Assembly: GCA_963733055.1 (NCBI GenBank) | Contig: CAVTBR010000003.1 | Span: 192,001 to 256,000 of the forward strand | Direction of reading: 5' to 3' | Origin: Candidatus Bathyarchaeota archaeon | GTDB taxonomy: Archaea > Thermoproteota > Bathyarchaeia > 40CM-2-53-6 | DNA length: 64,000 nucleotides | Shown here: positions 39,990 to 49,867 of the stretch, piece after piece | How the letters are laid out: each line of letters begins with the position of its first letter | How positions within the stretch are numbered: position 1 is the stretch's first letter | Notes under the pieces: model-generated | What the model was told of the DNA's origin: nothing | The model's database searches: none | Seen by the model: only the letters and a program-made list of their open reading frames with translations | Program-made: the position numbers and the translations under genes

Positions 39990-40763
39990 TCAACCCGTAG
40001 TAGTCTTCACGGGCATGAGCGCAGTACCAATTCTGTTCGCGGAGCCCTTGGAAAGGGTAAGTCCTCTCAGCTTCTGAATCGCTAATGCGGGGTCAACACC
40101 CTTCGGGCAGACGAAACTGCACGACCCTGCAAAATGGCACCTCCAAATTCCATGCTCTCGATCTACGGCCTTCAGGCGTTGTATCGCGCCTTCGTCTCGT
40201 GAATCCGCGACGTAGCGGAAAGCCTGTCCGAGCGCTTGTGGCCCCACGAATCTGGAGTCGTTGGCCATCGTTGGACATGCCGCATTACAGAGGCCACATT
40301 TTATGCAGTACGAGAATTGAAGAAACCGGTCCAGCTCATCACTGCTTTGATAATATTCTGATTTTGATGTCTCCTGTTCGGTGGTATTCCGTCGCAGAAG
40401 GAACGGGGATACGGACTTGTGCTTATCGAAGAACCCCTGAAAGTCAGTAACTAGATCTCGAACGAGCGGGTAATGGTCCAGTGGTCCTACAGTTACGGTC
40501 TTCCCGGAGATTTCGTTGATTTGCGTATAGCACGCCAGTCTTGGCAGACCGTTGATGAGCATTCCGCATGAGCCACATGATGCCATTCTGCATGAGAAAC
40601 GGATAGCGATTGAATGGTCGAAACGTTCCTTTGTGCGCAAAAGCGCTTCGAGCACGGTCAGTCCCGGTTCGTACGGTATATCAAACTCTTGAAACGCTCG
40701 CCCCGTGTTAGCTGCTGGGTTCTCGCGTTGAACTCTCAGCTTGAAGGTTTCTCCAGCTCGCAT
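39990..40763 (-). CDS. sdhB: Succinate dehydrogenase/fumarate reductase Fe-S subunit
   Basis: SCRMASCGSCGM, CIKCGLC..ACP, C....SC..VCPK. Confidence 0.95.
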   Translation of the reverse strand: MRAGETFKLRVQRENPAANTGRAFQEFDIPYEPGLTVLEALLRTKERFDHSIAIRFSCRMASCGSCGMLINGLPRLACYTQINEISGKTVTVGPLDHYPLVRDLVTDFQGFFDKHKSVSPFLLRRNTTEQETSKSEYYQSSDELDRFLQFSYCIKCGLCNAACPTMANDSRFVGPQALGQAFRYVADSRDEGAIQRLKAVDREHGIWRCHFAGSCSFVCPKGVDPALAIQKLRGLTLSKGSANRIGTALMPVKTTTG

Positions 40764-40774
40764 TCATTCATCCC

Positions 40775-42490
40775 TCAGTAATGTCGCTCGGTTGGCTGGT
40801 AGCTGGTGATTGTAACAGGCGCGTAGTCCAGCCCGGCTTCCTCCCCCGTGTAGTACGCTAGAGTATGCTTCAGCCAATGTTCATCGTCTCTCTTGGGGTA
40901 GTCGGTGCGCGAATGGGCGCCTCGGGATTCTGTCCGGTTGAGGCCGCCGACCAAAATTACTTCGGAAATTTCGAACATCGACTCCAATTCGAGCACGTTA
41001 ATGAAGTTGCTATTATATTCCTTAGCCTGATCCTCAACATGCCTGAAGGCTCTTTTGTGAAGAGTGCGCAATTCTTGCAAACCCTGCTCGAGGCCTGTTC
41101 CAGTTCGGTAGACATAAGCGTACTTGTCCATAATCGTTTGTGCCTGGTCACGAATTTCGTAGGGATTTTCAGAGCCGCTTCCGTGTAGGATTTCGTCGAA
41201 GATCCGTTTTTCATCCCGTCCCACGGACTGCATGTCTAGCCTTCTCTCTGGATGAGTCGACGCGTATTTCGCAGCGCCTGCACCGCTTTTTGCGCCAAAC
41301 ACAAGGCATTCGGCTGTTGAGTTCGCGCCGAGGCGGTTGGCTCCGTTTATACTCACGCAGGCTGCTTCGCCTGAAGCCCAAAGGCCAGCTATTGGAGTTT
41401 CCGCGCTGATGTTCGTTTTGACTCCGCCCATCATGTAATGGCATACGGGACGTATCGGCAGAGGTTCGTTAATTGGATCGATTCCTTTGAACTTTAGAGC
41501 GATTTCCCTTATGCCAGAGAGCCGTTCGTTGATCTTTTCGGCGCCTAAATGACGAAGGTCGAGCAGCACATAATCCATCCCACTCGCAGAATCCTTGAGC
41601 CCCCGCCCTTCCAGAATCTCGGTAATGACTGCCCGTGATACGACATCGTGCGAGGCTAGATCCAATTTCTGCGGTGCATACTTCTTCATGAACCTCTCGC
41701 CGTCCTTGTTGACCAAAACTGCGCCGTCGCCGCGTGCGCCTTCGGTGATTAGTATACCCGACGGGATTAGCCCGGTTGGATGGAATTGCACGAATTCCAT
41801 GTCCATAATGGGCGCCCCGGCTCGGTAGGCTAGGGATAGTCCGTCTGGAGTTGATGAGTACCCGAAAGTGGCGAATCTGTATAGCCTTCCGGCACCACCC
41901 GTTGCGATAATTCCCGTTTTTGCATTGATTGGGTGGAAGTCACCCGTCTTCATGTCTATTGCCGTCAAGCCTCTGAATGTACCATGATCCACGATAAGTG
42001 ACGTGACGAACCATTCCTGAAAGAATTGAATGTTGTCAAATTTGCGGGTGGTGTCGTAGAGGGTCTGCATTTCGAAAAATCCCACGCGATCGGCTGCAAA
42101 GGTTGCTCGTGGAAAGTTGTATCCGCCGAAGTTACGTTGTGCTATCCTGCCGTCTTCGGTTCGGGACCAAGGCATTCCCCAATGCTCAAGTTGGTATATC
42201 TCCCCGGGCATAGCTCGAACGAAGAAATCTACCGCGTCTTGATCCGCGAGGAAATCGCTTCCCTTGATTGTGTCATAGATGTGGGATTCGAATGTGTCGC
42301 CCTTGTCAGGGTATAACACCGCCGCGGTTCCGCCCTCGGCCGAAACGGAATGTGACCTCATGGCTTGAACTTTTGTTACTACGGCGATGCTGATCTTGCC
42401 GTCTGACACTCGTGCGGCTTCGATCGCCGCGCGGAGGCCCGCGAGTCCAGAGCCCACGATAACGACGTCGAATGTCAGCGTTTCACTCAC
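40775..42490 (-). CDS. sdhA: Succinate dehydrogenase/fumarate reductase flavoprotein
   Basis: GSGLAG, RSHSVSAEGG, QFHPT, HYMMGG, GANRLG, ESRGAH. Confidence 0.96.
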   Translation of the reverse strand: MSETLTFDVVIVGSGLAGLRAAIEAARVSDGKISIAVVTKVQAMRSHSVSAEGGTAAVLYPDKGDTFESHIYDTIKGSDFLADQDAVDFFVRAMPGEIYQLEHWGMPWSRTEDGRIAQRNFGGYNFPRATFAADRVGFFEMQTLYDTTRKFDNIQFFQEWFVTSLIVDHGTFRGLTAIDMKTGDFHPINAKTGIIATGGAGRLYRFATFGYSSTPDGLSLAYRAGAPIMDMEFVQFHPTGLIPSGILITEGARGDGAVLVNKDGERFMKKYAPQKLDLASHDVVSRAVITEILEGRGLKDSASGMDYVLLDLRHLGAEKINERLSGIREIALKFKGIDPINEPLPIRPVCHYMMGGVKTNISAETPIAGLWASGEAACVSINGANRLGANSTAECLVFGAKSGAGAAKYASTHPERRLDMQSVGRDEKRIFDEILHGSGSENPYEIRDQAQTIMDKYAYVYRTGTGLEQGLQELRTLHKRAFRHVEDQAKEYNSNFINVLELESMFEISEVILVGGLNRTESRGAHSRTDYPKRDDEHWLKHTLAYYTGEEAGLDYAPVTITSYQPTERHY

Positions 42491-42599
42491 GCCATTCGAC
42501 CCCTAATTTTCTCGTGTCTTTGCATGCGCGACGGTCGATGCATATAAGTGTGGATGAGTACCGAGGCGTATTCGAAACGTTTCAGGAGGCGCACTCGGT

Positions 42600-43634
42600 T
42601 TGCCGACTAAAAGAGAAACGGTGGGTCGCCTCGCTGGTTTCGTGGTTGGATTTGGGGTTCTCCTCGGCTTCCTCTATTATGTCGGAATCGACACTGTGGT
42701 GAGAATCCTACTCAGCGTCAATCCAATCGTCATACTTCTAATGGTAGGGCTCCAATTGTTGGGGTTTGGATTTTACGCGACGGCGTGGTATTTGTTGATT
42801 TTAGCCGCAGGTTACCGTATGCGTTTCTTAACCTGCTTAGGGATAAGTCTCGCGAGCATTTTTGTGGTATACACTATGCCAAGCGGAGTCTTCCTTGAAG
42901 TGGCTAGATGTGTTTTCGGTTCAAGGGAGACCGGCATGCAATTGGGCGAATCCACCTCCACGGTTGTCCTTCATAGAATTCTTTACGTTCTTGGTTTCCT
43001 AGCCACGACCGCATTCGCGCTCTTCGCTCTTCTTAGCGGCGGCATGAACTCGGTTGGCTTGATCGAGTTGGCCTCCATTCCCTTCGTGACGGTGGCTGGA
43101 TTGGTTGTGTTACTCTATCTGTCCTTCGATCCAAAGAAAATCGCGCCAATTCTAAACCGAATCTTGAAGCTAGTACGACCGGTCATTAAGCTGATCCAGA
43201 AAGAAGCGGTCGTTGAGGGGAAGGCCGACCAATTTCTAGCTGAATACAACATAGGCTTCAGGAAGATGATATCGTCAAAACTCCATTTGGTGTTGTCATT
43301 TCTTGCAAGCCTAGGCGATTGGATCTGCTCCGTTGCAATACTTTGGATAGTTCTGGTCTCGCTGGACACGGGTGCATCACTTTGGGCAGTTATGATAACT
43401 GTCTCGATCGGTAAGATGATACAGATGACGCCTGTCGCGATTCCGGGTATGATCGGAGTCTACGAAACAGCCATAACTACTGTCCTCGCGCTCTTTGCCA
43501 TACCCGTTTCGATCGGGGCTTCCGCCGCCATATTATCCCGACTGGTGACCGTTTGGTTGGAACTTCCGATAACCGGGGTCGCCGCATACCATTACGGATT
43601 CAAACTTCTTAACAAATCGGCCTTTCACACTTGA
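42600..43634 (+). CDS. UPF0104/lysylphosphatidylglycerol-synthase TM (flippase-like) protein
   Basis: Multi-TM; PG..G..E, LSRLVT.W. Confidence 0.8.
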   Translation: MPTKRETVGRLAGFVVGFGVLLGFLYYVGIDTVVRILLSVNPIVILLMVGLQLLGFGFYATAWYLLILAAGYRMRFLTCLGISLASIFVVYTMPSGVFLEVARCVFGSRETGMQLGESTSTVVLHRILYVLGFLATTAFALFALLSGGMNSVGLIELASIPFVTVAGLVVLLYLSFDPKKIAPILNRILKLVRPVIKLIQKEAVVEGKADQFLAEYNIGFRKMISSKLHLVLSFLASLGDWICSVAILWIVLVSLDTGASLWAVMITVSIGKMIQMTPVAIPGMIGVYETAITTVLALFAIPVSIGASAAILSRLVTVWLELPITGVAAYHYGFKLLNKSAFHT

Positions 43635-44429
43635 GTTCTAGTCGCAGGCTGTGAGTTTTGCTCGATCACTGAGATAACTTTCCTTACATAATCGAAGAAC
43701 TCTTGCGTCATAGCGACCTTTTCGCGGGGGCGCGGTAATTCCACTGCAATGTCGGCAACGATGCTTCCGGGCCTGGCCCGCAGGATAATGATTCTGTCAG
43801 CCATGAAAACAGCTTCATGCACATTGTGGGTTACCATTACGAAAGTGTCTGTGACTTTGGTGGGTTCTCGCCAAATCTCAAGAACCTCCTTGCGAAGAGC
43901 GTTGGCGGTCAATTCGTCAAGAGATGAGAACGGTTCATCCATCAATAGAACCTCGGGTTCGACTGCTAGCGCACGGGCTATGCCCACCCTTTGCTTCATT
44001 CCTCCAGAGAGCTCTCGCGGATAAGACTCCTCGAAGCCACTGAGCCCCACCAAGTCTATGTACTTCGCGGCTTTTTCCCGTCGGGCACGCAATGGTATCC
44101 CTTGAGCCTCAAGCCCTAGCTCGACGTTCTCCCGAACATTCTTCCATGGCAGTAACGCGAAAGTTTGGAAAATCATTGAGATCTTCGGCGAGGGCATGGT
44201 TACCTGTTCCCCCTTGGCAAAGACTTGCCCGGAGGTTGGCAGATCCAATCCATCTAGGATCCTCAGGAGAGTTGATTTTCCGCATCCCGAAGGGCCTACG
44301 ATGCAGAGAAATTCGTGTGGAAATACGTCAAAGGTTACCGACTCCAGCGCACGTATCTTCTGGTTACCCGCTTCGAAGGTTTTGGAAACACCCTGTACCT
44401 GAAGTACTGCAGATGCTGCCGTCGCTCAC
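43625..44429 (-). CDS. ABC transporter ATPase (nitrate/sulfonate type); start codon out of frame
   Basis: GPSGCGKS upstream of the tracked ORF, LSGGMKQR, LMDEPF, VTH. Confidence 0.9.
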
Positions 44430-46189
44430 GCCTCGAATTTGTATTTATCGACCTGTTTGAGGGAGTAATGCCAAACAGTTCGGTTCATGAGAAAGACGAT
44501 CCCGGCCATCAAGCCTATCGCCACAAGAACCAACTGCGTGTCACCCGTACCAACCGAGATATCAAGAAGATACCCTAACCCTGCAACATGATAGGTTTTA
44601 GTTCCTAGGTTAATGTACTCGGAAGCTATTGTCGCATTCCAACCGCCGCCCCATGCTTGGATACTTCCTAAAATAATCGCGGGCAGAATCGAAGGCAATA
44701 CAACGTTTCTGATGTAGCCCAAACCTCGCAACCCGAAGCAACGGGAGGCTTCAATCACGTCTGAAGGTATTGCCTTAACTGCACCGATTATGTTGAAGAG
44801 AAGGTACCACTGCATGCCCGTAAGCACGAGAACTACTGAGGCCAATTCAAGCCCAAACTCAGAACCGTGGAAGTAGTTAATCACGACGCTGATCACGATT
44901 GGAAACAACGCCAATGCCGGAACGGATTGTGCGATATCGAAGACGGGTAGAAGTGCGTTGAATAGTCTCTCGCTTCGGGCAATTCCTATACCTGCGACTA
45001 ATGTCCAACTCAACGCTATGAGATAGCCAACTAGCAACCGAGCGACCGAACCGAGTGCGTAGCTTGGAAGAAGCGCAAGCTCGTGTCTCAGAACAAATTC
45101 GTGCAAAGCCTCTGGAAGTTTCGGAGGTACAAGAACTCTGAAGATCACGATGGCGAGAACGATTCCGATTACGGTCCCTATCAAACGTGCGAAGCGAGAA
45201 TGCTTGTGCCAGGCAGTTCGAATGTTAAAGTGCGTGAGTGTGTTCGCGTGACGAAATCGAAGTAGGTGTGGGTAGTACCGATGCTCGATCGTTACCACCG
45301 GTTCGACAACGGTCGCGAGTCCATTAGAAACCTTCCTGAGCTCCGTTACAAGCAAATGTGTAGCTCGTGACTGGACTCGTCTATGGCCGGGCAGGACGGA
45401 AGTTTCGTACTTAAATTTTTCCGCATGATCCATTAAGGGATGCCATACGAGACGGTTGATGATCCCAACTATTACGACCAATATTAGTAGACCAAAGATT
45501 GAGGCTGTGATGTTGCCATCAAGCGCCGCCTTGAATATGTAGAATCCCAAACCTGGAAGTTCGTATACTTTGTTAGCAAAGCTAAGGTACTCGCACGCAA
45601 TCAGGAAATACCAACCGCCTCCCCAAGCTAGAATGCTTCCTGAAATGAAGGGAGGATATATCGCAGGAAGCACAACGTCCCGGAGATATTTCGTTCTACG
45701 AATGCCGAAACTGTGAGCTGCCTCCGAAATATCCCGCGGAATGGTCTTCACTCCACCGTAAACTCCGAAGGTAACCGCCCACACCATGCCCGTGAAGATA
45801 AGAATCACTGAAGCGAGTTCTTGTCCAATTACGTTTCCGTTGAAAAGAGAAAGGAAGAGAATGATTACTCCTGGGAGATAGCCCAAAACAGGTATGGATT
45901 GAAGTATGTCGAGAATCGGTATGAGAAATTGTTCCGCACGCTTACTCATCGCGGCTGTAATCCCATAAACAAGTGCGAACGCAACGGACAGTCCATATGC
46001 TAGAACCATTCGGATCATAGTTCGAATGATGAAATTATCCTCATTCAACTGAAACAGGTCAGCAGTGTAACGATAGGAAAAGATCGAATGGAGGCTGGGG
46101 CCCAGAATTGGAATTTGAGCCAACAAATAAAATGATAAGGGGACACCGGCGAGGATGAAGTAGTCTGGCCGAAGACGAAAACCGCCCAC
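44426..46189 (-). CDS. ABC transporter permease with two TM domains
   Basis: Two DI.QS.P / EAA-like / W.GGW repeats. Confidence 0.9.
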   Translation of the reverse strand: MGGFRLRPDYFILAGVPLSFYLLAQIPILGPSLHSIFSYRYTADLFQLNEDNFIIRTMIRMVLAYGLSVAFALVYGITAAMSKRAEQFLIPILDILQSIPVLGYLPGVIILFLSLFNGNVIGQELASVILIFTGMVWAVTFGVYGGVKTIPRDISEAAHSFGIRRTKYLRDVVLPAIYPPFISGSILAWGGGWYFLIACEYLSFANKVYELPGLGFYIFKAALDGNITASIFGLLILVVIVGIINRLVWHPLMDHAEKFKYETSVLPGHRRVQSRATHLLVTELRKVSNGLATVVEPVVTIEHRYYPHLLRFRHANTLTHFNIRTAWHKHSRFARLIGTVIGIVLAIVIFRVLVPPKLPEALHEFVLRHELALLPSYALGSVARLLVGYLIALSWTLVAGIGIARSERLFNALLPVFDIAQSVPALALFPIVISVVINYFHGSEFGLELASVVLVLTGMQWYLLFNIIGAVKAIPSDVIEASRCFGLRGLGYIRNVVLPSILPAIILGSIQAWGGGWNATIASEYINLGTKTYHVAGLGYLLDISVGTGDTQLVLVAIGLMAGIVFLMNRTVWHYSLKQVDKYKFEA

Positions 46190-46346
46190 AAACGTCCCAG
46201 CCCACCTCTGTTGCGCTTTTGGAGTTCTTTACCGAGGCGAACCTATGAACCTTAAATCTATTCCGCAAGGAGTTTGCGTGTAAGAACCGAAGAATTGCTC
46301 ACCATTCTTATATTAAACGGAAAACATGCCTTCCTTGTGAATCGAC

Positions 46347-46631
46347 TTGGCACTGGTAGGCTATGAGTGGCTGGTTATAGTAGGAATTTTACTAGTCATA
46401 TTCTTATGGGGGCCGCAGAAGTTACCTGAACTGGCAAGGTCAATCGGGATAGCCAAGAAGGAATTTGAAAAAGCAGCAAAGGACTCATCATCACCAGGCG
46501 GTACGGCATCTACTTCGCAGCCCTCTACAGATCCTTTGCTTGTTGCAGCGAAGAATCTAGGCATCGCCACCGAGGGCAAGACAAAAGAAGAGATCGCAAG
46601 GGAAATAGCCGACAAGACCTCGCCTAAATGA
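46347..46631 (+). CDS. tatA: Twin-arginine translocase TatA/E
   Basis: WGPQKLPELARSIG.AK.EF. Confidence 0.92.
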   Translation: MALVGYEWLVIVGILLVIFLWGPQKLPELARSIGIAKKEFEKAAKDSSSPGGTASTSQPSTDPLLVAAKNLGIATEGKTKEEIAREIADKTSPK

Positions 46632-46800
46632 AACCGATTACCCGGCTTCGCTTCCAAGCACTGAGGCGCACAACCGACTACAACGAGCCCATCATTAGAC
46701 TTCAATCAGAAGAGTTTTCTTCACCTTAAAGGCAATGCTGCGCGAGCTCTGGCGTGTAACCAAACCCACATCAAAGTACGTTGCACCTGTGGCGTGAATT

Positions 46801-47697
46801 TTGTCTGAAAAACCGGATGGTGAGAAGACAGGAACGATCTGGGAACATTTATCGGAGCTAACCAAACGTCTGAAGATCATAATTATCGTCCTTGCGGTGA
46901 CCTGCTCCATCGGCTTCTTGCCATCTGATCTCCAGGGCTACTCGGATCCGTTGCATGGATACAAGCCAGTAGTATCGATAATGATGCAGAAGATGAAACA
47001 TGACTTTCTACCTAGCGGGGCCACTCTCATAGCATCAGGTCTCGTGGACACGCTTTTTGTTTACATGTACCTTACCCTGCTCATCGGTGTCGTGCTGGCT
47101 TCGCCGGTTATCGCGTATGAAATCTATGCATATGTGAAGCCGGCTCTTTACCCGAACGAACGCAGATACATCTCGTGGTTCGTGGCGTCTTTTGTCGGGC
47201 TCTTCACTCTTGGGCTTGTAATGGCCTACGTCGTAATAATACCGATTACGTTTCAAATTCTGGTATGGTTCATAACTAATGGAGGAGCAGTTCCGTTCAT
47301 TGGCATAAAGGACTTCTACAACTGGATCTTCACGCTTCTTCTCGCATCTGGCATTTTCTATACTATCCCTGTATTCATCGTACTTCTCGTGCAGTTCGGA
47401 ATCATCTCGACAAAAGTTCTCTCGGGCAAAACGAAAATTGCAATCTATGTTGCATTGGAAATGATTATCTGGACTTTCGGTCCCGACCCGACTCCAATTA
47501 CAGCTACTATCATAATGATTCCCTTTGCAGCAATCTTCGAAATAGCCGCATATGTAGCAAGAAGAATCGAGAGAAATCGCCCAACGACTGATACTTATGC
47601 CTCGCCAAGGGTTCGGCTAGGTACAGTGGCATGCAGATTCTGTGGCGGCGACGTATCCTCATCCTTCTGCGTAGCATGCGGCAAATCCCAAGTCTAA
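46801..47697 (+). CDS. tatC: Twin-arginine translocase TatC with C-terminal zinc ribbon
   Basis: HLSEL..RL, Y..PALYPNERR, PDP; CRFCG/CVACG tail. Confidence 0.92.
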   Translation: MSEKPDGEKTGTIWEHLSELTKRLKIIIIVLAVTCSIGFLPSDLQGYSDPLHGYKPVVSIMMQKMKHDFLPSGATLIASGLVDTLFVYMYLTLLIGVVLASPVIAYEIYAYVKPALYPNERRYISWFVASFVGLFTLGLVMAYVVIIPITFQILVWFITNGGAVPFIGIKDFYNWIFTLLLASGIFYTIPVFIVLLVQFGIISTKVLSGKTKIAIYVALEMIIWTFGPDPTPITATIIMIPFAAIFEIAAYVARRIERNRPTTDTYASPRVRLGTVACRFCGGDVSSSFCVACGKSQV

Positions 47698-47856
47698 TCG
47701 AAAGGCCACCGTAAAGACATGCTGAACTTCCGGGATCTTGAATGATGAATCTGAGCAATGGTCAAGGTGACGGAGTCGTGCCTCTGATTTTCAGACTCCG
47801 TGGGCACTTCAGTACTCTTATAGGGCGCAAAAGGCTGCCCAAGTATGTGAAATGAA

Positions 47857-48216
47857 TTGCCACTCTTTGGACTTGACGGATTAGCCATAGTCGCAATACT
47901 CTTAGTGGTCTTCCTCTGGGGTCCGTCGAAAGTTCCCGAAATGGCCAGAGTAATAGGCCAGGCAAAGAGAGAGTTCGATAAAGCAGCCAAAGAGGTCACG
48001 TCACTTGCGGAAGTGAAGTCCATAACGGAACCTGTCACAGGCATTAACAAAACTGTCATCAACCAAGCAACGAGCGCATCAGAGGTTAATCATACAATCA
48101 CCCAGCCTGCGCAAGACCCGATCATAGTTGCCGCAAAGAGTCTGGGCATCACCACCTTAGGAAAGACGAGGCAAGAACTCGCAACGGAAATTACCAATCT
48201 AACCGCCAAGAAGTGA
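47857..48216 (+). CDS. tatA: Second TatA/E paralog
   Basis: WGPSKVPEMAR.IG.AKREF. Confidence 0.88.
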   Translation: MPLFGLDGLAIVAILLVVFLWGPSKVPEMARVIGQAKREFDKAAKEVTSLAEVKSITEPVTGINKTVINQATSASEVNHTITQPAQDPIIVAAKSLGITTLGKTRQELATEITNLTAKK

Positions 48217-48339
48217 GCGCCAGGTCGCACTGTAGGCTCAGCATCACACTGAATGCGGATTTAGCGAGGTATATTGCCCGGCCTCTTACCGATCGGGATG
48301 TTTTCTATCCCGAAAGTGGCAAGTCTAGAATTTAGGAGC

Positions 48340-48516
48340 CTAACGGGCTTTTACTCGTTTTACGATTGGTGGTCTTGACTTTCTTAGAACTCTGTAGCCG
48401 CAGAAGGGGCATTTGATTTCGGGCGTCATGGCTAGTTGATCGGCGGTTAGATGTTGGCCGCAGCTTATGCACTCATACATTATGCCCGTTGGCTGCTCGC
48501 TGGTTACATCAGACAT
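48340..48516 (-). CDS. rpoP: RNA polymerase subunit P (Rpo12)
   Basis: YEC..CG, IKCPFCGYRVL.K.RP. Confidence 0.93.
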   Translation of the reverse strand: MSDVTSEQPTGIMYECISCGQHLTADQLAMTPEIKCPFCGYRVLRKSRPPIVKRVKAR

Positions 48517-48572
48517 CGACACGAACCACGAAACCACCCTGCTTCAGCCTGAATTAAACCTTTACAGAACAA

Positions 48573-49784
48573 TCACGAATGACGTTTCATGAAGCCCTCG
48601 ATCAAATCGAAGGCCTCAGACATCATTGATTCCTCCGGAAGGAAGACAGACCTGAAATGACCGCTACCATAGACTGGGTCGAAGCCAGAACCATGAACCA
48701 CGAGCACGCCCGTATCTTCTAACAGTTCAGTCACGAATTCGTTGTCATTCTTCCATTTTGTGCCTTGTAATTGAATCTTGGGAAAAAGGTAGAAGGCTCC
48801 CCGCGGTTTTGCGGCGGTTAACCCTGGTATTCCGCTCAATCGTTTCAATGCGAATTCACGCCGACGTTTTAGGGTTGAGACCATTTGTGTGATGTGGTCC
48901 TGAGGACCGGTCAAGGCTGCTATTCCGCCATACTGTGCGGGGGTACTCGCGCAAAGACGGACACGTGACATTTTCTCAATCGACTCCCAAACATATTTCA
49001 GCTTGCCGTTTGGATCCTGTACGTAGATGTATCCGAGCCGCCACCCCGTCATCAGGTAAGCCTTGGAAAACCCGTTAAGGCAAAAGATTGGGAGTTCTTT
49101 GGCGGTGGAAGCTAGGGAAGTAAATTTGCCGTCGAAAACTATTCTGTCATATATTTCGTCCGCTGCGACTGGGATATTGTGTGCCCTTGCTATTTCGAGA
49201 ATCTTCAACACGTCTTTTTCTGAGTACACTGACCCTGTTGGGTTGCTAGGATTCATCACTACGATGAGTCGTGTGCGCTCGGTAACTTTCCTTTCAAGAT
49301 CAATGAGGTCGGGCGCCCAATCGTTCTCTTCAATGGTCCTGTAAGTTATCGGTTTTCCTTCGAAGAATTTTGTGTAGGTGAGGTACGGGGAGTAACATGG
49401 GCCGGGCATTAGCACTTCGTCACCTGGGTTGACCAAGGAGGCCATCAGGAACATGATTGCTTCGGAGATACCTTGGGTTACGACGACGTTGCGTGCTTCG
49501 ATTTGAGCGCGGTTTACGATGTTCTCCTTCTCGGCGATCGCCTCCCGCAGCTCCTTCAGACCCTCGGATGCAGAGTAATGATTCGCGCCTGTATCGATCG
49601 CTTTCTTGGTTGCTTCTTTAATGTGCAGTGGGGTGTCGAACCCATATTTTACAGGATCCCCGATGTTTAGGTGAATGATCCTCTTTCCTTTACGGCTCAC
49701 TTCCTCAGCCTTGGAGATAACGTCACGAATAGCGTACTCGACGCCCTCGGCTCTTCTCGAGGGCTTTACCGTTTCCTGCAGCAT
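48573..49784 (-). CDS. PLP-dependent class I/II aminotransferase (alanine aminotransferase-like)
   Basis: YAIRD, LNIGDP, NPSNPTG, DEIY, SKAY..TGWRLG. Confidence 0.9.
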   Translation of the reverse strand: MLQETVKPSRRAEGVEYAIRDVISKAEEVSRKGKRIIHLNIGDPVKYGFDTPLHIKEATKKAIDTGANHYSASEGLKELREAIAEKENIVNRAQIEARNVVVTQGISEAIMFLMASLVNPGDEVLMPGPCYSPYLTYTKFFEGKPITYRTIEENDWAPDLIDLERKVTERTRLIVVMNPSNPTGSVYSEKDVLKILEIARAHNIPVAADEIYDRIVFDGKFTSLASTAKELPIFCLNGFSKAYLMTGWRLGYIYVQDPNGKLKYVWESIEKMSRVRLCASTPAQYGGIAALTGPQDHITQMVSTLKRRREFALKRLSGIPGLTAAKPRGAFYLFPKIQLQGTKWKNDNEFVTELLEDTGVLVVHGSGFDPVYGSGHFRSVFLPEESMMSEAFDLIEGFMKRHS

Positions 49785-49867
49785 TGCAACCCGAGCCGCT
49801 ATCCCATACCGGGATTATTAGCGTTCCTTATCCAAGTTCAGCGGGGACGGGAACCTCAGTCCTTGAA

